Below, one piece after another: positions 59,835 through 64,000 of a stretch of DNA of 64,000 nt. The stretch spans positions 2,666,001 through 2,730,000 of the forward strand of contig JBHGNT010000022.1 in assembly GCA_043228905.1 (NCBI GenBank). Reading direction: 5' to 3'. Made by a program: the position numbers and the translations under genes. The stretch's first letter is position 1; the number at the start of each line of letters is the position of its first letter. This DNA is from Azolla caroliniana (taxonomy: Eukaryota > Plantae > Polypodiophyta). The notes below the pieces were generated by a model that did not search any database, had not been told where the DNA came from, and saw nothing but the letters and a program-made list of their open reading frames with translations.

Positions 59835-62800
59835 CTATCTTGCTTATGCGCATACACAACTTCTTCTTCATCACGAATGTTGCTTGCACTTCTGCATTGA
59901 CGGCCTTGTCCCCAACATTTGGTATCAGAGCGTTGGAGGTTCTTCAACCCGCTGGCGGCCGTCATAGTACACCACACAACATTCCATCTTCGTTTTCTTT
60001 GAAGAACAGAGAAGGGAGAATAAAAACAAAAAGCTCACATCTCATTGTGTTAAATCACAAATTGGAGTAAGCTAGTCGGCTGTACTCTGTTCCTGTGATT
60101 GTAACCGCTTGAGGGGATCTCCTTGAGCAACAACCGACCCAATCGTGCTTCATTCGGTTAAGCAACATCCGAATAGGTCACCAGACGCTATTCAGCCGCT
60201 TGTTGTAACCACCCGCTATAGATTGGTCTCCAGGCAACAAACAAATTCATAATTCACTAGGTTGATCGACATTCGGGAGGATTAGTTGGATCCGTCCTTC
60301 TCATCGATGCAGTCATCCGAAGTAGAATCGGCCCAAACAATCGGTCTCTTGTAATCGGTATTCGGCATACAATCGGAAGCTAATCGGCCTCACTCCGACT
60401 CGGCAACATTCGGGAAGACCAGCTGATTCTATCCCTCAAGTTATCGGAGTCACTCCGAGAAAGTTCAGCAACAAGTATCCGAAACCAAACCGACTCGGGT
60501 TCAAAACCGACTAGAACAATATCGGGTGAGCCAACCAGCTGCACCCCACTAAGGTTCGTAGTCAACTCCGAACCGAGTCCTACCAACCGAAACCGAAGCA
60601 GATGGCATCAACATCCGGCTCATCGGAGATGAGTCTAAGGAGCAATCATGCTCGACAACATGCTCGACAACATTTGAACTTTGGAAAACACTGTCGGAAA
60701 CGTATGAAAAGAAGGTAACGGCAACCAAGATGTATCTGATCCGGCGCCTCTACAAGTTGCGGATGAAAGAATACGATTCGGTTCACGCACACCTCAACGA
60801 GTATAAAAGCATAAGCTCCCAAATCTCATCTTAGGGGATGGCAATCGAGGATGAACTCGGAACAATGATACTCATGAGTAGTCTCCCCTCTTCATGGGAA
60901 ACTTTCGTTACAACCGTGTGCAATGCTTCGAGGATGAACTCAGAGCTAGTCCTGAGACAACGGAATCTACAACTACTGCAAGAAACTAGGACACATCAAA
61001 GCCAACTGCCAGGCACTCAAAGCAAAAACCGACAAAGGTCAGAGAGTGGATCAGAAGAGTAGCCGGCATGCGGAGGTCAACTACGTCGGCTCTTCAGCTG
61101 AAATTTTGACGACCGACTCGAACATACTGTCCATAGAGAACCTAATGGAATCAGAAGTTTTGCTTACGATTGAGGAATCGAGCACATGGCTCCTGGACTT
61201 GGGCGCATCGTATCATGTGATACCTCACTGATCTCAGTTTCGGCAATACTCAGACCGGCACTCCGACTCAGTTCGAGTCGGAAACTCGCAACACTGTGCC
61301 ATAATCGGAATCGGCACTGTACAGCTCAACCTTCCGGGTGGCTCTACACTTGTACTACACAACGTCCGATACGTTCCTGAGCTTTCAAGACCCTTGATCT
61401 TAGTCGGACAACTTCACAAAGCCGGCATCTGTGCCGGGTTCTCATCAGGAGGGTGGACACTCCACAAAATGAACCTCCTGCTTGCTCGAGGACCAAAGGT
61501 ACACTCTTTGTACCCCTTATATGTCACACTCAGAGAGGGTGACTTTTTTTTGGTTGATATCCTCATGTCGTCGTTATGGCACAGACGACTTGCACACCTC
61601 AGCAAGGCCGACATAACACACCTATCCAGAGCCGGTTACATCCCCAAGCTCTCTTTCTCAGATCACCAATTCTGCGAGCATTGCCAGTACGGCAAACAGG
61701 TCGCCGCATCACACCCGACATCAGCACCAAGAGAATCAAGCCCACTCGATTTTGTCCACTCGGACATCCTTGGCCCAATGCCACATCAGTCTCTCGGTGG
61801 TGCTTACGGAAGTACACATAATCAATATGTCGCCAAGTAGACCTCTAGGAATTCAAATACCTCAGGAAATATGGACCAATAGTAAGTCGAATTATGACAA
61901 GCTGAGGATCTTCAGTTGCGAGGCATACGACCTCATACCGAAAGACGATCGCTGGAAACTAGAACCAAGATCAAGGAAATGCGTTTTCCTTGGGTATGAA
62001 CCTGACGGCGAGATCAGATACCGATTCTGGGACCCCGAGCACAGACAAATCGTCTGAAGTTCGGACGTCGTGTTCAATGAGTCGGCTATGCATAAAACGG
62101 CCGAAAGGCCTATTGAAGTCCGAAGGGTAATATTTTCCGAAGTGTCAACCCTTCATGATGGCCCAACCCACAACACGAGATCAGTTTCACGGGTACCCGA
62201 CAACTCTCACACCGAATCTACCAATTCGGCACAGCCAAATGGCTCGGCTCCCGACCATCCGACATTGAAACCCGGTGCGACTAGTCCAGTCATACCTCGC
62301 AGATCTGAGAGACTCTCGCAACCTCCGGAGAGGTACTCTCTCGGAATTTTCTTTACCGACGCTGGTGAACCGATATCTTACGAAGAAGCATCGACATTTG
62401 CCAATTCAGCCACATGGCATATGGAAATGGAGTCGGAAATGCACTCCATTCGGGCAAACAAGACTTGGGACTTGGTCGAATTACCGAAGAATCGACGTGC
62501 TCTTCTATGTAAGTGGGTCTATCGACTAAAAGAGACGTCTGACTCGACCAACCCAAGGGCAGATTAGTTGTCAAGGGATTTAGACAAGAATATGGCGTCG
62601 ACTTCTACGAAATCTTTTCACTAGCGGTGAAAATGATGACCCTTCGTTTCATGCTCGGCGTCGTGGTCGCCGACAACTTGGAGCTGATTCAACTAGATGT
62701 AAAAATAACATTCCTCCACGGCGACCTACAGGAGGAAATCTATATGGAGCAGCCGAAAGGCTTTGTGGCATCCGACTAGGAACATCTAGTCTCCCGACTC

Positions 62801-64000
62801 GGGAATAGTCTCTACGGCCTGAAACAGGCACCCCGACAGTGGTACAAGAAGTTCGACGACTAAATCCAGACGGTCAGCTTCTCCAAGAGCGATGAGGACC
62901 ATTGTCTCTTCACCAAAACAGCTCAAGACGGGTTGCCCATCTTCGTCATCATCTACGTGGACAACATGCTACTCTCCAGTTGACATGCCGGAGATCTCAC
63001 CGAACTCGTTTGGAAACTACGGTTGAAGTTTGCCATGAAGGACCTCGGTCCAGCAAGACACATACTTGGTATGAAGATTAGTTGGCATCGCGATACACTG
63101 ACAACTTTTCTTGTCTCAAACCGACTACATCGGACGTGTCTTGGAACGCTTCAACATGCACTCGGCCAAGTCTGCTTCGACCTGGCTCCCCATTAACCTT
63201 CGGCTATCTCAGCAAGACTGCCCGACATCTGGTCCGGACGGGGAAGATATGAAGTCGGTACCGTATGCACTGGCAGTCGCGACACGGCCTGATATTTCTC
63301 ACGTCGTAGGAGTCGTCAGCAGATTCAAGCACAACCCCGGCCAATCACATTGGAACGCAGTCAAGCATGTGTTTAGATATCTAGTTAGCACAAAAGACCA
63401 CGACATTCTTTTCGGCCCGAACTCAACCTAAGGTGTAGTCGGTTACACCGACTAGGACTTCGCAGGCTGTGTGGATAATCGGAAATCAACAACCGGATAC
63501 TGTTTCAAATTCGGCAATGGAGCAATCTCGTGGAAGTCAAAACTTCAGGAGTGCACAACCACCTCCACGACCGAAGCAGAATATGTAGCTGCGTCCAACG
63601 CGATAAAAGAAGCTTTATGGCTCGGTCGGCTGGCGCACACGTTTCAACAGGTCAACTTCGGCTCGGCTCCAGTTTTCTACAACGACAATTAGGGTGTTGT
63701 TGCTTTGTCAAAGAATCTGGTTCACCACAACGCCTCCAAGCATATCGACGTTCGATATCAGTTTGTTCGGGACTGCGTCATTTCAGGGAAAATCGGTCTA
63801 GAGAAGATATCCACAACCGATAATGTCGCAGATGGAATGACCAAGTGTCTTACGGCGGATCGTTTCCGGTCCCTTCGGCACCAGATGGGCGTAACGAAAA
63901 ATCGGTTCGGTTAAAGTCGGACACACAGCACAGGATGGTTTCGAACCACCGACATCGGTTCTTTAAGGATCGGCTTTAGCTCTTCCGACCTGACTAGTTC
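58054..64000 (+). mobile_element. Second, more decayed copy of the Tnt1-like copia (5' LTR 58054-59917 split by a LINE; PBS 59920-59931), runs off the window
   Basis: Colinear with 43357-51800, with many stops and deletions. Confidence 0.9.
58248..59780 (+). mobile_element. 5'-truncated RTEX/L2-like LINE (RT C-terminal half plus Cys/His motif), (ATCT)n tail, inserted at the LTR (CT)n tract
   Basis: GVKQGCPLSPTLF, LLYADD, FKYLG and RLSSHALRCETGRW…CTLC…EYHTLIQC. ORF is open to 59693. Tail at 59749-59780. Confidence 0.9.

Overview
Eukaryotic land-plant genomic DNA. The TE content suggests a non-seed plant, probably a fern (inference). Two host genes lie in the first 15 kb: a 3-exon LEA gene with a signal peptide and a C-terminal DKEL (7020-8865, +), and a single-exon ~849-aa low-complexity nuclear-type protein (11791-14340, -). 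From ~16 kb onward the window is a deeply nested TE pile: L1 and RTEX-like LINE pieces, several Ty1/copia elements, two Tcn1-like chromovirus copies, a degenerate non-chromovirus Ty3/gypsy, and a 5.2-kb TIR element carrying an intact 5-exon RING-H2 gene but no transposase. Main observations: (1) four LTR insertions with TGTCG...CGACA ends all have 4-bp CpG-centred TSDs (RCGT in element orientation) and all sit inside coding regions of other retrotransposons; one is a young gag-only element with a tRNA-Trp PBS. (2) Degenerate tRNA-like (Pol III A-box/B-box) cassettes occur in the U3 of at least two otherwise unrelated LTR groups, antisense to the element and upstream of its TATA box. All calls were made by eye; no alignments or database searches were run.
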